64,000 bases of DNA from Octopus vulgaris (taxonomy: Eukaryota): contig OX597824.1 of assembly GCA_951406725.2 (NCBI GenBank), positions 72,850,001-72,914,000 on the forward strand, in the 5' to 3' direction. How positions within the stretch are numbered: the first letter of the stretch is position 1; each line of letters opens with the position of its first letter. Made by a program: the position numbers and the translations under genes. Shown here piece after piece: positions 15,082 to 27,296 of the stretch. The notes under the pieces were generated by a model. The model made no database searches. It saw only the letters and a list, made by a program, of their open reading frames with translations, and had not been told where the DNA came from.

Positions 15082-16552
15082 TATATTTCTTTTCCATTTT
15101 TTGTTAGAATTATTCAATTTTGGCAGGAGTAGCATGGTTCAACTGCTCAATTTGGTAAAATGTAGTGTTATATGGAGCCTCTATTGGTCAAGGTTCATTA
15201 TCATCATCATCATTTCTAGCATGGGTTGGATGGTTCGACCGGGGTCTGGAAAGCCAGGAGGCTGCACCAGGCTCCAGCCTGGTCTGGCAGTGTTTCTACA
15301 GCTGGATGCCCTTCCTAACGCCAACCACTCCGTGAGTGTAGTAGGTGCTTTTTACGTGCCAGTGGAGGCTGGCAGCGGCCACAATCGGTTGGTGCTTTTT
15401 ACGTGCCACTGGCACAGGAGCCAGTCAAGGCGGCACTGGCATCGGCCATGTTCGGATGGTGCATTTTACGTGCCGCCGGCACAGGTATCACAACTACAAT
15501 TTCCATTTGATATGGTTGATTATTCTATTCCATTGCTTCTGTATGTGTAGGCTTGGACAAGACATTTTGAGAAAGACTAACAGTTACCTATGTAGGCAAG
15601 TCTCCTCTCTCCACACCACAAATGTTTACCTAAGGAAAAGGTCACCAACTTGGCCTGGCACAGCATAACAACAGTGTCATTGCTGTCAGAACACAAAGAA
15701 CTAAAACAATGCCACGAAGCATCTCATCCATTATCTTCATCATAACTGTTTTAACATCCACTTTTCCATGCTTGCATAGGATGGACAGTGTTTATTGAAG
15801 CAGATTTTCTATGAATTCAAGATATAAAGCAATGCAGAATAAATGGTATAAAGCATTTTAGCCACTATATCACAATAATCAATAAGATATTACCGGTACT
15901 TATTTTACCGAAATCCAACCTCTGCATAACTTTCATAAGATGTGGCTGCACAAATTGTCTTGATGGCGTGTAGACCAGGATTCTCATAAAGGTTCAGAAC
16001 ATCTCATGGTGGGTGTGAGCACAAGACCAATGAGAACATTCATGGACATATTCTGTCCATCTCTACTGTTGTTGCTCAAAGCATGGTTGGTTTTGCTGGC
16101 CACTGCTATGATGCAGAACAACAGGCCTTATCAGATGAAATATTTTGGAAACATCTGCACCCTTATCAAAGACTGTACAACTACATTAATGTTATTGACA
16201 GAGATGCATGAAATTGAGGTCCTACTAAAGTTCATAGGGTGGGTTGGGGTAGAGATTCATACTGGGGTGTTGTGAAACATATTGGTTATGGCTACTTGAA
16301 GAAAGAAAACCTCTTGGGGGTTCTGTAATGCAAATGATTTAACCATTTATAACTCAAGTTTCAGGAAGCCAACTAGTCCTCTGGTGAACACGACAGCCAA
16401 GTAAGTTTTGTTCTCAACAGGACAGACAGATAATGAAAATTGCTAAGTCTTTCTTCAGTGAAAAACATACCACTTAACATAGACTTGATAATTAGTGACC
16501 TCAGGATAAGAGTTTTATAAATTCCAGTGACAGGAGACAAACAATACTACAC

Positions 16553-16967
16553 AGGCGCAGGAGTGGCTGTGTGGTAAGTAGCTTGCTAACCAACCACATG
16601 GTTCCGGGTTCAGTCCCACTGCGTGGCATCTTGGGCAAGTGTCTTCTGCTATAGCCCCGGGCCGACCAATGCCTTGTGAGTGGATTTGGTAGACGGAAAC
16701 TGAAAGAAGCCTGTCGTATATATGTATGTATATATATATATGTATTTGTGTTTGTGTGTCTGTGTTTGTCCCCCTAGCATTGCTTGATAACAGATGCTGG
16801 TGTGTTTACGTCCCCGTCACTTAGCGGTTCGGCAAAAGAGACCGATAGAATAAGTACTGGGCTTACAAAGAATAAGTCCCGGGGTCGATTTGCTTGACTG
16901 AAAAAAGGCGGTGCTCCAGCATAGCCGCAGTCAAATGAGTGAAACAAGTAAAAGAGTAAAAAGAGTA
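16553..16967 (+). mobile_element. tRNA-derived SINE family A (bipartite, internal TA/TG tract). Other copies: 5890-6290(-), 17285-17660, 41730-42090, 44830-45500, 46767-47167, 47918-48326, 50116-50512, 56090-56470(-), plus many fragments
   Basis: Pol III A box TGGCTGTGTGG, B box GGTTCAGTCCC, GTAAAAGA tail; many near-identical copies. Confidence 0.9.
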
Positions 16968-19216
16968 ATGCTTATAATGAAAGAGAAAGAATGAGATGGA
17001 GGATCAGAACATAGAGGACAACTAAAGAGTATTGTTGTGAGATAACCTACAGCATGTCACAAAGCAGATTAGTGAATAGAGCAAGATCTTGGTCCCAATC
17101 AAGCAGATATTGGCATGGATGAAAGTGAGGAGTAAGGATTATCAGACAGCTAAGAGAGAAGCTTGATGACAGTGTTTTCTTGTAAGAAGGAAGCTGAAAT
17201 TAAGAGATCAGCCAAGGTTATCATGATGCTAGGTAGGCAATGTGTCAGTGCAAATTAGGGCATTGTTTGTTAAAAGTGCATACAAGGCGCAGGAGTGGCT
17301 GTGTGGTAAGTAGCTTGCTAACCAACCACATGGTTCCGGGTTCAGTCCCACTGCGTGGCATCTTGGGCAAGTGTCTTCTGCTATAGCCCCGGGCCGACCA
17401 ATGCCTTGTGAGTGGATTTAGTAGACGGAAACTGAAAGAAGCCTGTCGTATACATGTATATATGTGTGTGTTTGTCCCCCTAGCATTGCATGACAACCAA
17501 TGCTGGTTTGTTTACGTCCCCGTCATTTAGCGGTTCGGCAAAACAGACCGATAGAATAAGTACTGGGCTTACAAAGAATAAGTCCCGGGGTCGATTTGCT
17601 CGACTAAAGGCGGTGCTCCAGCATGGCCGCAGTCAAATGACTGAAACAAGTAAAAGAGAATAATAACAGCACATTTGTTCTCAGCAACACTGAAGAAAGA
17701 GGTATAAAAACAGTACTATGAACTGTTGTTGATTGAGAATTTGTGGGGGAAAAAAAAGTGGCTTACCTCAAACTGGATCTAACAAAGGGACAAACTTTTC
17801 AGATTTACTGCTCCCTCCCTCTCTCAGAGAGGCACAAGCACCTACGCACACGGCAGTAACTTCTGCCTACCAAATTCAATCACAAAGCTTCGGTCGGCCC
17901 GAGGCTATAGCAGAAGACACTTGCCCAAAGTGCCACGTGGTGGGACTGAACCCGAAACCATGTAGCTAGGAAGCAAGCTCCCTAACCACACAGCCATGCC
18001 TGCGTCCACAAAAAAAATGTATGTACATATGCGCAGCATTAAGTGTGTGGCAAGCTTTCTACAGCCGGATGCCCTTCCTGACACCAACCCCCACCTGTTG
18101 CCAAGTGAGGTAGTTCTTTTTTACTTCATGGTAGAAAAGGCCATTACAGACATGAAAGCAGCTGCTCAATTACCAGAGATTGTTGCAGAAATGGTGAAAC
18201 TATGCTGTGAAGTAAGACAAGCTGGTTACTCATGTACTTAGGTAGTGCAAAATGTTCTCTGATGACAGTTGCAAGCAACCTCATAGTGAACTGCTTTGAA
18301 GGACAAAGGAGATGCCTTTGAAAGAAGTAACCACAGAGGGCATTAAACTGGTGGACACTCATGAAAGCAGAGAGAGTTATAGTAAAGCTAATCAGAAAGA
18401 TAACTAGCTTAGATGAAATGTAGTTTGGGTTTGTATCTGATGCTTCCTTATTAGTGAGTGCAAGAGAAGTTCTCAACCAAGTACAAGTAATTAGCCAAGA
18501 AAAATATCATTATAGCTAGCATTTCTTGCCTTAGAGAAGGCCTTTGACAGAGCAGTTGTATGGTACTGCATAGCCTGGTAGTTACTAAGAATACTGTTGA
18601 AAGAGGAATGGTTTGTGGAAGTTGTGCAAGTATGGGTCAGAGCTGTTATTAGCAAAGTGGAAGCAAGTAATGAGGCTCAGAATGGAATTTAGTGTGCAAG
18701 AATGTGTCTTATTTCTTTATTGCTCACAAGGGGCTAAACATAGAGGGGACAAACAAGGACAGACAAACGGATTAAGTCGATTACATCGACCCCAGTGCGT
18801 AACTGGTACTTTATTTATTGACCCTGAAAGGATGAAAGGCAAAGTCGACCTTGGCGGAATTTGAACTCAGAACGTAACAGCAGACGAAATACCGCTAAGC
18901 ATTTCACCCGGTGTGCTAACGTTTCTACCAGCTTGCCACCAGTGTGCAAGAATGTGTCTATTAGGACTCAGTTCTCAATCCACTCATTTTTATATACTTC
19001 TCCAAGGCCATAAGAGAAGAGTTCAAAACTGGTTGTTGGTGAGAACTCATGTATACTCATAGCTGAATCAGTTAAAAAATGAGGGAAAAAGTTCCAAAGG
19101 TAGAAGCAAAATTAAGAGTAGTAAAGGTTAATTTAGTAAAGAGAGAAGTGTTAGCAGAAAAATAAAACAAAACAACCAACAGGGAAGTAGCACTGCTCAA
19201 TATGCATAAAAGGAGT

Positions 19217-19604
19217 GGAGTGGAAGCACTCCGTCGGTTACGATGATGAGGGTTCCGGTTGATCCGATCAACGGAACAGCCTGCTCGTGAAATTAACGTG
19301 TAAGTAGCTGAGCACTCCACAGACACGTGTACCCTTAACGTAGTTCTCGGGGATATTCAGCGTGACACAGAGAGTGACAAGGCTGGCCCTTTGAAATACA
19401 GGTACAACTGAAACAGGAAGTAAGATTGAGAGAAAGTTGTGGTGAAAGAGTACAGCAGGGACCACCACCATCCCTGCCGGAGCCTCGTGGAGCTTTAGGT
19501 GTTTTCGCTCAATAAACACTCACAACGCCCGGTGTGGGAATCGAAACCACGGCCCTACGACCGCGAGTCCGCTGCCCTAATAACCGGGCCATTGCGCCTC
19601 CACT
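19217..19604 (-). mobile_element. tRNA-derived SINE family D. Other copies: 57135-57455(-), 63537-63790(+)
   Basis: tRNA-like head with GTTTCGATTCCC B box; 11-bp TSD ATAAAAGGAGT. Confidence 0.85.
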
Positions 19605-20599
19605 ATAAAAGGAGTACACAAAAGATGATATAGGATCTTAGGCTGATAGAAGAGAGATTTCCTTTGAAACAGATACACAAGAGTAATTATCAGGAAGAGC
19701 TCCTGAAAAATGAAACTTGAATTGCTCAGAAGAGATGACTAAAGAAAGGAAGGAAAAATTCAGACAATTATGATCTTTGTAGACAGGAAAGTGCTCACTC
19801 TCCAAATGAAAGGCGAATTGTATGAGGCTTAACATGAAAGGGGTGATGAATTTGGAGGATATTGGAAAGCTTGCAAGAAATGAGGTGAGCAAACTCTGAT
19901 GGGTATATAATGTCAGCCAGCACAAACGATGGGGCACAAGTGTACTGAGAGAAAAGTTAGGCACCAGAAGTATTTGTAAAGTGTATAAGAGAGATGAGAG
20001 TAATAGTATAGGAATGTGAAGCACAAAAAGAATAATGGCTGAGTGAAAAAGTATTAAAAAAATGCAAGTAAGAGTCTACTGAAGAGGGAAACTGTTCAGT
20101 TTTCATATCTGTCCTTACCTATGGTCATGAATGTTGGGTAAAATTGTGAATACAAGTAGCTGAAATAGAGTTCCTCTGAAGGATCTTCGGTGTGACATAA
20201 AAAGCACCCCTTACACTGTAAAGTGGTTTGTTTACAAAAGGCATCCAGCCATAGAAACCAAGCCAAAATAGACTATGGAACCTGCCCTTGCCAGTTCCTG
20301 TCAAGCCATCCAACCCATGCCAGGGTGCATAACTTGGAGATCAGAGAGTTTCTCCAGGTTGAGTCACTGCATCACCACATTAAAAGGTCATGGGTCCAGC
20401 AGTACAGACATGTGATTAAAATGTCACAGGAAAGAATCACAAGATGAATTCTTCAAGTTGAGCTAAAGAGTAGACTAAAGACAAGAGGGATGGATAATAT
20501 CCACAATCTCAGCTGGCCACACTCGGGAATCCAGCAGGAAACTCTAATGATGGTTGCTTCTGATGGAACTCTATGGGGAAGATGCTTGAGGACTCTATC

Positions 20600-21235
20600 T
20601 AGCGAGCCGCTCTCCGGCTATCTATCTGCGGCTTTATACAGCTATGGTACGACCTCACCTGGAATTTGCATCACCAGTCTGGAACCCTTATCTTGCCCAG
20701 GATATTAATCGTCTGGAAACCATTCAGCGATGTGCAACCAAGAGAATACCCACCATCAGGCATTTGCCATATACTGAACGCCTTACCTCCCTGGGCATGG
20801 ATACATTGAAACTCTGACATCTGGCAGCTGACTTGGCAGACACCCATAAAATTATTAACCATCTTACAAACAATAACTCTGAGCACCTCTTCAAAGTCCA
20901 CCTGTCTAACACCTGTGGACATGTTTACAAAGTCAGAAAACAGCACAGCTCCCATGACTTTCGGAAACATTTTTTCACGCTAAGAGTTTTTTAAGCATGG
21001 AACAGACTGCCGACATCAATTGTTAGTTGTCGGAGCACTGCATCCTTCAAAACTTCCATGCTTCCTGAGATTCGCCAACACTACACCTGATTTTCTCCCC
21101 TCCATACACACGCAAGCATGTATCTGACTCATACACTGTTCGCTTTCCAGACATTTGTACATTACTGCATATGCTTTATACGCACTTTTTGACAAGTTGT
21201 GGTGCACCTGAGCACTGTATACAATAATTTCATTA
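20600..21235 (+). mobile_element. CR1/L2-type LINE 3' end, same family as 54243
   Basis: Clear nucleotide similarity including the cacctgagcactgta terminus. Confidence 0.85.
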
Positions 21236-22613
21236 CATATTATATGAATAATGGGTGGATAAAAGATGGTTGGATGGATAAAAGAGAAGCCAAATGGTGG
21301 CAATAAGTGGAGAGACATGTTAAAATGTGTTGATCAGAGTCCCAATACTTGTGTCTATACCTATTGCAAAATAAAACTATCACATTAGCAAATATTTCTC
21401 ATTGTACTGCCATAATGATGCACAAGAATGCAGCTTTTAAAAACAAATAGATATCAGAGATAGATCATTAGAAAACAATAAAAACAATCAATTTTTCCAG
21501 AAGATAGATCCCTGCTATTTAACATAACAAAACAGAAACCATCTTGGAAAAAAAAATTAATATGTTCTTTGAACAACAGACACCCTATGTGCAAAAACTG
21601 CAACAGCTGCAGTATTGCGCATCATGTGTTATATCAAATGGCAACATGTAACACGTCATAAACTAATGTTCAAAAATTTAAAAGACTACAGTGTCCTATA
21701 GTTATATATGAAGGAATTATAATGTCTTGTTTCCACAAGTTTTGAATTAAAATCTTCCACCAGGCTTTAATCACAATTTATGTTCTTAACACTGGCTTAA
21801 TGATAACTAAGTTATTTTACTAAATTCTTCGTTATATTTAAAGTAATTGAAAGAAACACTGAGCATCTCAAAATGAATACAGTAATGAAAGGGTTAGACC
21901 ATTCTAGCCATAACCATCCTGCTTTTTTCCTATGTGCAGGGAGTCCAGGATCACATTATCCAATGCATCCATTTCTTAGATGATAGGTTATGATTTGGAG
22001 GTGATTTAGATGCTATTTCTAGTAGGTTGAACAATAATGCAACAGCTTACTTGTAGGCTTGAGTGCATTGCATATGGTGTGTCCGTTGCATATTTTTCAA
22101 TGAGAAATTCCAGAAACTCTGTTTCCTTGCATCAACAAACCAGATGTCAGAAATAGATTATTTCACTTCCATTTCCACTCTCAGACCAAGATTGTAGTTT
22201 TGGTGACACAATAATTGTAGTTTGGTTAAAAAAAAAAATGAACAAAGTAAAATAAAAACAAAAAAAAACCCAGAAAAATATACACACAAATGAAGAAAAA
22301 GAACAAGTGAAAGGTTTAAATATATATATATTTGCAATTTACCTCTTTGTATTTGGTTTGAACAGAGTTAATCCCCAAGAAGTAAGTGAGCACTGTTTCA
22401 ATTCCTAAACACAAGAGTCATGTTATATACCCGTCAAGAAATCTACAAAAACTAATTTCTTGCTCTAAATTGGCAAGCAACAAAGAACTGGTGAAAAGGA
22501 AAGAAAAAAAAATTTTTTGAAGAAAAATAAATAGATTGGAAAATTTTTTTTGTTTCATAAAATTTTTTAAATTCCTGCCATATATGGTATGGTGTAGCAA
22601 AATTAAGTGTTTA

Positions 22614-25600
22614 TCATGTTAATATGATTTCAGCTTTGTGAGTGTTTTTATGTCGGGTTAAGTCTCCCTTTAATGCAAAAGCTTTCTCGCACAGATTGCA
22701 TTTGTATGGTTTCTCGCCAGTGTGTGTACGAATGTGCCGATTCAAGTCGCCACGTAGCGAGAAGGCTTTATGGCAATATGAACAGGCAAATGGTTTTTCT
22801 CCTGTGTGTGTGCGTATGTGCTGTGTTAAGTGACATGATTGGGCAAAAGATTTATCACAGTACTGACAAGCAAATGCTTTCTCAATGTTGTGAGTTAGAA
22901 CGTGTGATTTGAGAAGGCTCGAATGTAAAAACGTCTTTCGACAGACAGGACATTGCAAAGGTCCTGTGTGAATTTTCAGATGGTTGATGAAGTCTTTGTA
23001 GAGAGTTATTTCCTTTTGGCAAAAGCGACAGACAAAAGACTTGGTTTTTCTGTGCACAGCCATATGTTTCAGTAGTTGGTGCATATGAGTAAACACTTTG
23101 TTGCAGTGTTTACAACTATACAATTTGTCGTTCTGTACCTGAGTTACATTTTCAATAGACGCTGGTGAACTGTCTAGGTTTCTTAAACTGCTGTTCAGTA
23201 CCTGTTTATTTCCAATGTGTGTGATTAAATGCTTAACAAGATGCAGACGCTCAACAAATGACTGATTACAAACATTGCACAAATAAGGGCTGTTTGTAGC
23301 AGAAACGCTGTTAGCTAAAGTAGATGTGGTACTCAAAGAACTCTCTTGACTTGTTGTAGGTTTGAGCTCTTTACCATTTAAAGGATCTGTTTGAGTAGGT
23401 TCTGTGTATTCTTCTTTACATTTCTCAATGAAATACAAAGTGTCCACATTTTGAAAACTGTTTGCCTCCTCAGTTTGGTTATATGCTAACTCCAAATTCT
23501 CAATGTGGGTTTTCAAATGAGAAATAAAATCATTTTTATGCTGAAACGTAGACAAGCACTGATCACATTGAAACTGGGCCTTTTCTGAGGAGGCTTCTGA
23601 TCTTTGGATATCTGGGCTCAAATCTTTACTACTTCTCAAACTAGAAGTTGTCATCAAATCAGAACTTGGAAGGGATCTTTGTTCTGTATGGTTCTTCAGA
23701 TGGGACTCCAAACTGCTGTGATTATCAAATTGCTTACTACAGATTTTGCACTGAAATAAGCCATCTCTACTGAACTGTTTGGAGGTTTTGTTCTGGGAAT
23801 TTTGTTGGCCTGCAGTCTCCAAGTTTGTTTCTGATTGCTTCTGGAAACTTTTCTCCAAATTATCAATTTTAACAGAAGAGTTTGATTTCAAATTTGGTCT
23901 GGGTGTGTGTCTTCTGAAGTGAGTTGTGAATGAATCAACAGTGGAGAAGTAGATATGGCATATCATACACTTAAACAATCTTTTATCTTCATGCACTGAC
24001 ATATGGTTAACGAAATTGTCAACAGTTAAATAATTAACCTTACAAAACTCACAGGTGTACAGAGAATGTCCAGAGCTGGCTGAGTCTTCTGCATTAGGAA
24101 GGTTTCCTGAAGATACAGATGTTATGACAAGAGGTGAATCTTGGTCACTTTCAGATTGGTCAATACAAAAGAAGTTTTGCTGCAGGTCAGTACTAGACTC
24201 ACTTGTCACTGGAAATTTATTCAGATCTACAGTAATGTCATTAATGATTTCATTTTGTGCTGCTGCTGCTAATGATGTTGATGACGTTGTGGTTCGTTGG
24301 TTCACTGGCTGATTGCTTGTGTAAGCATTCTCTTCTAAATAAGTTGCTCCTGCTTGGCCATCAAAATTTACATTGTGTGTCATGAAATTGATGTCTTTAT
24401 CACACTGGTCTTTTCTTGATGCCAGGATATCATTTCGAGAAAGATCTTGAGATTTGTCTACAGTTAGGAAAGTGCCACTGTCATTTTTGAAGTTACCCTG
24501 AGAAAGTTCTGAACAGTCATTTACTAGGGACAATTTTACATCAAAGTTACTGATGGTGTTTGAGGTTTTGTTGCTAGAATTTACTCCAAGCCTGTCTTGA
24601 CTACCAACATCTGTGATTGAGTTCATTTCAATACTGTTGTTATTGTTGTTGCTGTTGTTGTTGTTGTTGGTGGTGGTGTTGGTGTTAGTTGTGGAAATCT
24701 CTTCAAGAAGTACCATGTCTTCGTTATTGCCACAATAGCTATCAAGATTAACAAACTGGTCACTATGGGAAAGGTTTTCTGGAAAGCTGGAACTGAACTG
24801 AGAATCATTTAGTTCAGATGAAAACTTCTGATAGTTTGTAAGGTCAAAGGTCAAACTTCTGTTAATGAATTGGTCATCAAATTCTGACTGATCGCAATAA
24901 CCATTGAGAATCTGGATTAGTTCTCTGTTTTTCTTAATCGCTTCAGTCAAATTGCTGCTTGAATAAATATCTGGCTTGTTCTGGCTTGTGTGAGTTTTCA
25001 AGTGGTTGACCAGTTCAGCAGATCCAACGAACTGCAGTGGACATTGGTCACAAGAGAATGTCTTTGATGGCATGTTGTTCTTTCTTCGGTTGCTCAAAAC
25101 ATTTGGCTTGTTATTGATTCGAGTTTGTTCCTTTTCTAATGATAATTTCCTGCTATTACTTTTCCCACTGTTCAGATCTAAAGTATCATAGTTCGAGACA
25201 TCAGACCTCTCTCTCCCCAATTCATTTGTTTTGGGAGCAGTAGAAACGGGGTTACGAGAATGATCTAAGTTACCTAATGGATCTGGTGGGTGAGCTAAGT
25301 TCAGTAATGAAAATGTGTTGAAGTCAATATTCATGGATAGCTCGTTACACTTCTCACAGTAAAATAGCCACTGACCAGTCTTTGTGCGGCAATGCACGGC
25401 AACATGTTTCAGATCAGCACTTTCAATATTGTTCCGGATAAATTCCATTTTTTTCTCATCTATATCTCTTTCAGTTTGTATTGCAATGCTTTTTGATGTG
25501 ACTCGGCCTTCACTGGATGTCCGTACATCCTTATCAAGAACACCTAGCCGACTTCTTCCAACAATGGAATTCCTGCTATTATTTACAAAGAACTGGAACT

Positions 25601-27296
25601 GTTTTCGGACGTGGTCTTTTTTGGGAGCTGAGGAATAGTTTGACTTCAAGAAGTTTCGACTGTGAATCAGTAATCTCTTGGAATCTCTCTTTATTCCATG
25701 TTCCTGACTGCGATTTGTTTTAATTGGCAAATGCACCTTACTGTTTCCACCTGATACCTTTGATCTGTCTTTACCCCCATCTTTGGATTGATTGACTGAT
25801 AAGCCATCTTCTATTGGATCATCATCAAGAATGACCACTTCTTCAACTTCGGACCGCTTGAGCATTTTAGCTGCAGCACCTTGTTGTTCTACAAATGAGC
25901 GTTTGCTACTTTTATTGCTTAAGTGCTGGTTTTTTGAAATGCTTTTAAGTTCTTTATCTAAGACGTTTCGACATTGAGGTGTTGAAAAATAAGTGGTGGG
26001 CACAAGAGACTTGTCCAAGTTATACTTGCTTCCCTGCCTATTGGTTAAATCTCTTGACTGGTTGTTAAACCACGCTGAAGAGTTTTGCAGAACTTTCTTG
26101 TTCTGTTCCTGAGATAAAGCTTGGTTGTTCACCAAGTTGCGAACTACATTGCTTCTTCTAATCTTCAGTGGCTTGTTCAAGCCTACCTCACCTGTGGAAT
26201 ACACCTTGTTTGCAGAAACATCTCCGTGACTCAGCGAGTGGAGTCTCATGTGTTTTATTAAATGACTCAGAGCAGGAAACGAATCAGAACAGTATTTGCA
26301 TCGATAGCGCTTCTCTTCGAAATGAACATTCCGGCAATGCATCGAGAGAGTGCGAAGACTGGTAAAGCGCTTCTCACATTTGTTACACTTGAACAGCTTA
26401 TCTGTGCCTAAGTGTATCTTGACATGCCTAGTCAGGTCACCACGGAGCGTGAATGCTTTCGGACACTGTGGACAATGAAATGGTCTCTCTCCTGTGTGAA
26501 TGCGAATATGCCGGTTGAGGTCACCACGCAAAGTGAAAGCCTTCTGGCAGTAGTCACATTTAAAAGGCCTCTCTCCTGTGTGGGTTCGAATGTGTTGAGT
26601 AAGGTGACAGGCCTGAGAAAACATCTTCTTACAGTACTCACATTTGAATGGCTTATCTATCTTTGACAGAGAAACTCCACCAGGAGATGGTTCGGAGTTT
26701 TTCTCTGATTTTTCTGGTTGACTGCTCCCTCCATTTACAGCTGAGGGTAAAGGTGCTACATCGGCAATAACATTCGTTGCCTCGGTGGAATGGTAAACCT
26801 GTTGTTGATCCGGAAGACTGGAAACATTGGTTAGGTTTTGCTGAGACGCAGAAGGATTTTCATTGCTTTGAACTGGCTTTGAAAACGTAACACTAGTGGC
26901 ATTAGTGTTCTTAGAAGGTGTCCCCGAGGTAATTTGTAGAGTATCAAGAGGCTCTTCATCAACAATCGTAATAGAAGGTGAAGCTTGGGACTGAGGTTGT
27001 TGGTTGGAAGATGACAATGACAGTGAAGGTGTTGCTGTTGTTAATGACGAGGAAGATGAAGATGATGATGATGATGACGATGATGATGACAATATGGATG
27101 ATGGTAGTTCAGTTGCAGCTGATGCTGGCGTTTCCTGAAAGAAGTTTGTTAATGATACATCGGAGGATACTGACTGAACTGCCAGGTCTGTGTCAGAGGT
27201 GACCAACTGCGGAGCATCATCATAAATAGAAACGGACTCGAATGAGGATTCTTCCATTTCAGAGAACAACCTTGTATCAATTTGGTTCATATCCAT
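22614..27296 (-). CDS. Large multi-cluster C2H2 zinc-finger protein (1560 aa, 17 fingers, uninterrupted CDS)
   Basis: Open ORF; ACCATGG start with an in-frame stop upstream; TGERPF/TGEKPF linkers; 5 N-terminal fingers, 6 scattered middle fingers, 6 C-terminal fingers; poly-Ser and poly-Asn/Thr tracts. Confidence 0.95.
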   Translation of the reverse strand: MDMNQIDTRLFSEMEESSFESVSIYDDAPQLVTSDTDLAVQSVSSDVSLTNFFQETPASAATELPSSILSSSSSSSSSSSSSSSLTTATPSLSLSSSNQQPQSQASPSITIVDEEPLDTLQITSGTPSKNTNATSVTFSKPVQSNENPSASQQNLTNVSSLPDQQQVYHSTEATNVIADVAPLPSAVNGGSSQPEKSEKNSEPSPGGVSLSKIDKPFKCEYCKKMFSQACHLTQHIRTHTGERPFKCDYCQKAFTLRGDLNRHIRIHTGERPFHCPQCPKAFTLRGDLTRHVKIHLGTDKLFKCNKCEKRFTSLRTLSMHCRNVHFEEKRYRCKYCSDSFPALSHLIKHMRLHSLSHGDVSANKVYSTGEVGLNKPLKIRRSNVVRNLVNNQALSQEQNKKVLQNSSAWFNNQSRDLTNRQGSKYNLDKSLVPTTYFSTPQCRNVLDKELKSISKNQHLSNKSSKRSFVEQQGAAAKMLKRSEVEEVVILDDDPIEDGLSVNQSKDGGKDRSKVSGGNSKVHLPIKTNRSQEHGIKRDSKRLLIHSRNFLKSNYSSAPKKDHVRKQFQFFVNNSRNSIVGRSRLGVLDKDVRTSSEGRVTSKSIAIQTERDIDEKKMEFIRNNIESADLKHVAVHCRTKTGQWLFYCEKCNELSMNIDFNTFSLLNLAHPPDPLGNLDHSRNPVSTAPKTNELGRERSDVSNYDTLDLNSGKSNSRKLSLEKEQTRINNKPNVLSNRRKNNMPSKTFSCDQCPLQFVGSAELVNHLKTHTSQNKPDIYSSSNLTEAIKKNRELIQILNGYCDQSEFDDQFINRSLTFDLTNYQKFSSELNDSQFSSSFPENLSHSDQFVNLDSYCGNNEDMVLLEEISTTNTNTTTNNNNNSNNNNNSIEMNSITDVGSQDRLGVNSSNKTSNTISNFDVKLSLVNDCSELSQGNFKNDSGTFLTVDKSQDLSRNDILASRKDQCDKDINFMTHNVNFDGQAGATYLEENAYTSNQPVNQRTTTSSTSLAAAAQNEIINDITVDLNKFPVTSESSTDLQQNFFCIDQSESDQDSPLVITSVSSGNLPNAEDSASSGHSLYTCEFCKVNYLTVDNFVNHMSVHEDKRLFKCMICHIYFSTVDSFTTHFRRHTPRPNLKSNSSVKIDNLEKSFQKQSETNLETAGQQNSQNKTSKQFSRDGLFQCKICSKQFDNHSSLESHLKNHTEQRSLPSSDLMTTSSLRSSKDLSPDIQRSEASSEKAQFQCDQCLSTFQHKNDFISHLKTHIENLELAYNQTEEANSFQNVDTLYFIEKCKEEYTEPTQTDPLNGKELKPTTSQESSLSTTSTLANSVSATNSPYLCNVCNQSFVERLHLVKHLITHIGNKQVLNSSLRNLDSSPASIENVTQVQNDKLYSCKHCNKVFTHMHQLLKHMAVHRKTKSFVCRFCQKEITLYKDFINHLKIHTGPLQCPVCRKTFLHSSLLKSHVLTHNIEKAFACQYCDKSFAQSCHLTQHIRTHTGEKPFACSYCHKAFSLRGDLNRHIRTHTGEKPYKCNLCEKAFALKGDLTRHKNTHKAEIILT

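Larger units (their letters stand above)
15950..20600 (+). mobile_element. Highly decayed LINE remnants (endonuclease/RT) with nested SINEs
   Basis: Purine-rich sequence with LEKAFDR and GSVLNPL remnants and an RTE-like C-terminus near 20.3 kb; boundaries approximate. Confidence 0.5.

Noticed and set aside
15345-15480. TACGTG hypoxia-response-element cluster in family C units
   Set aside because: Short motif inherent to the repeat and decayed in many copies; no supporting evidence
19530-19604. tRNA gene (also the heads at 16553, 32060 and 63537)
   Set aside because: A and B boxes run into SINE bodies, with a TSD at this copy; cloverleaf imperfect
22642-27202. Antisense ORFs overlapping the ZNF
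   Set aside because: Shadow frames of the long CDS
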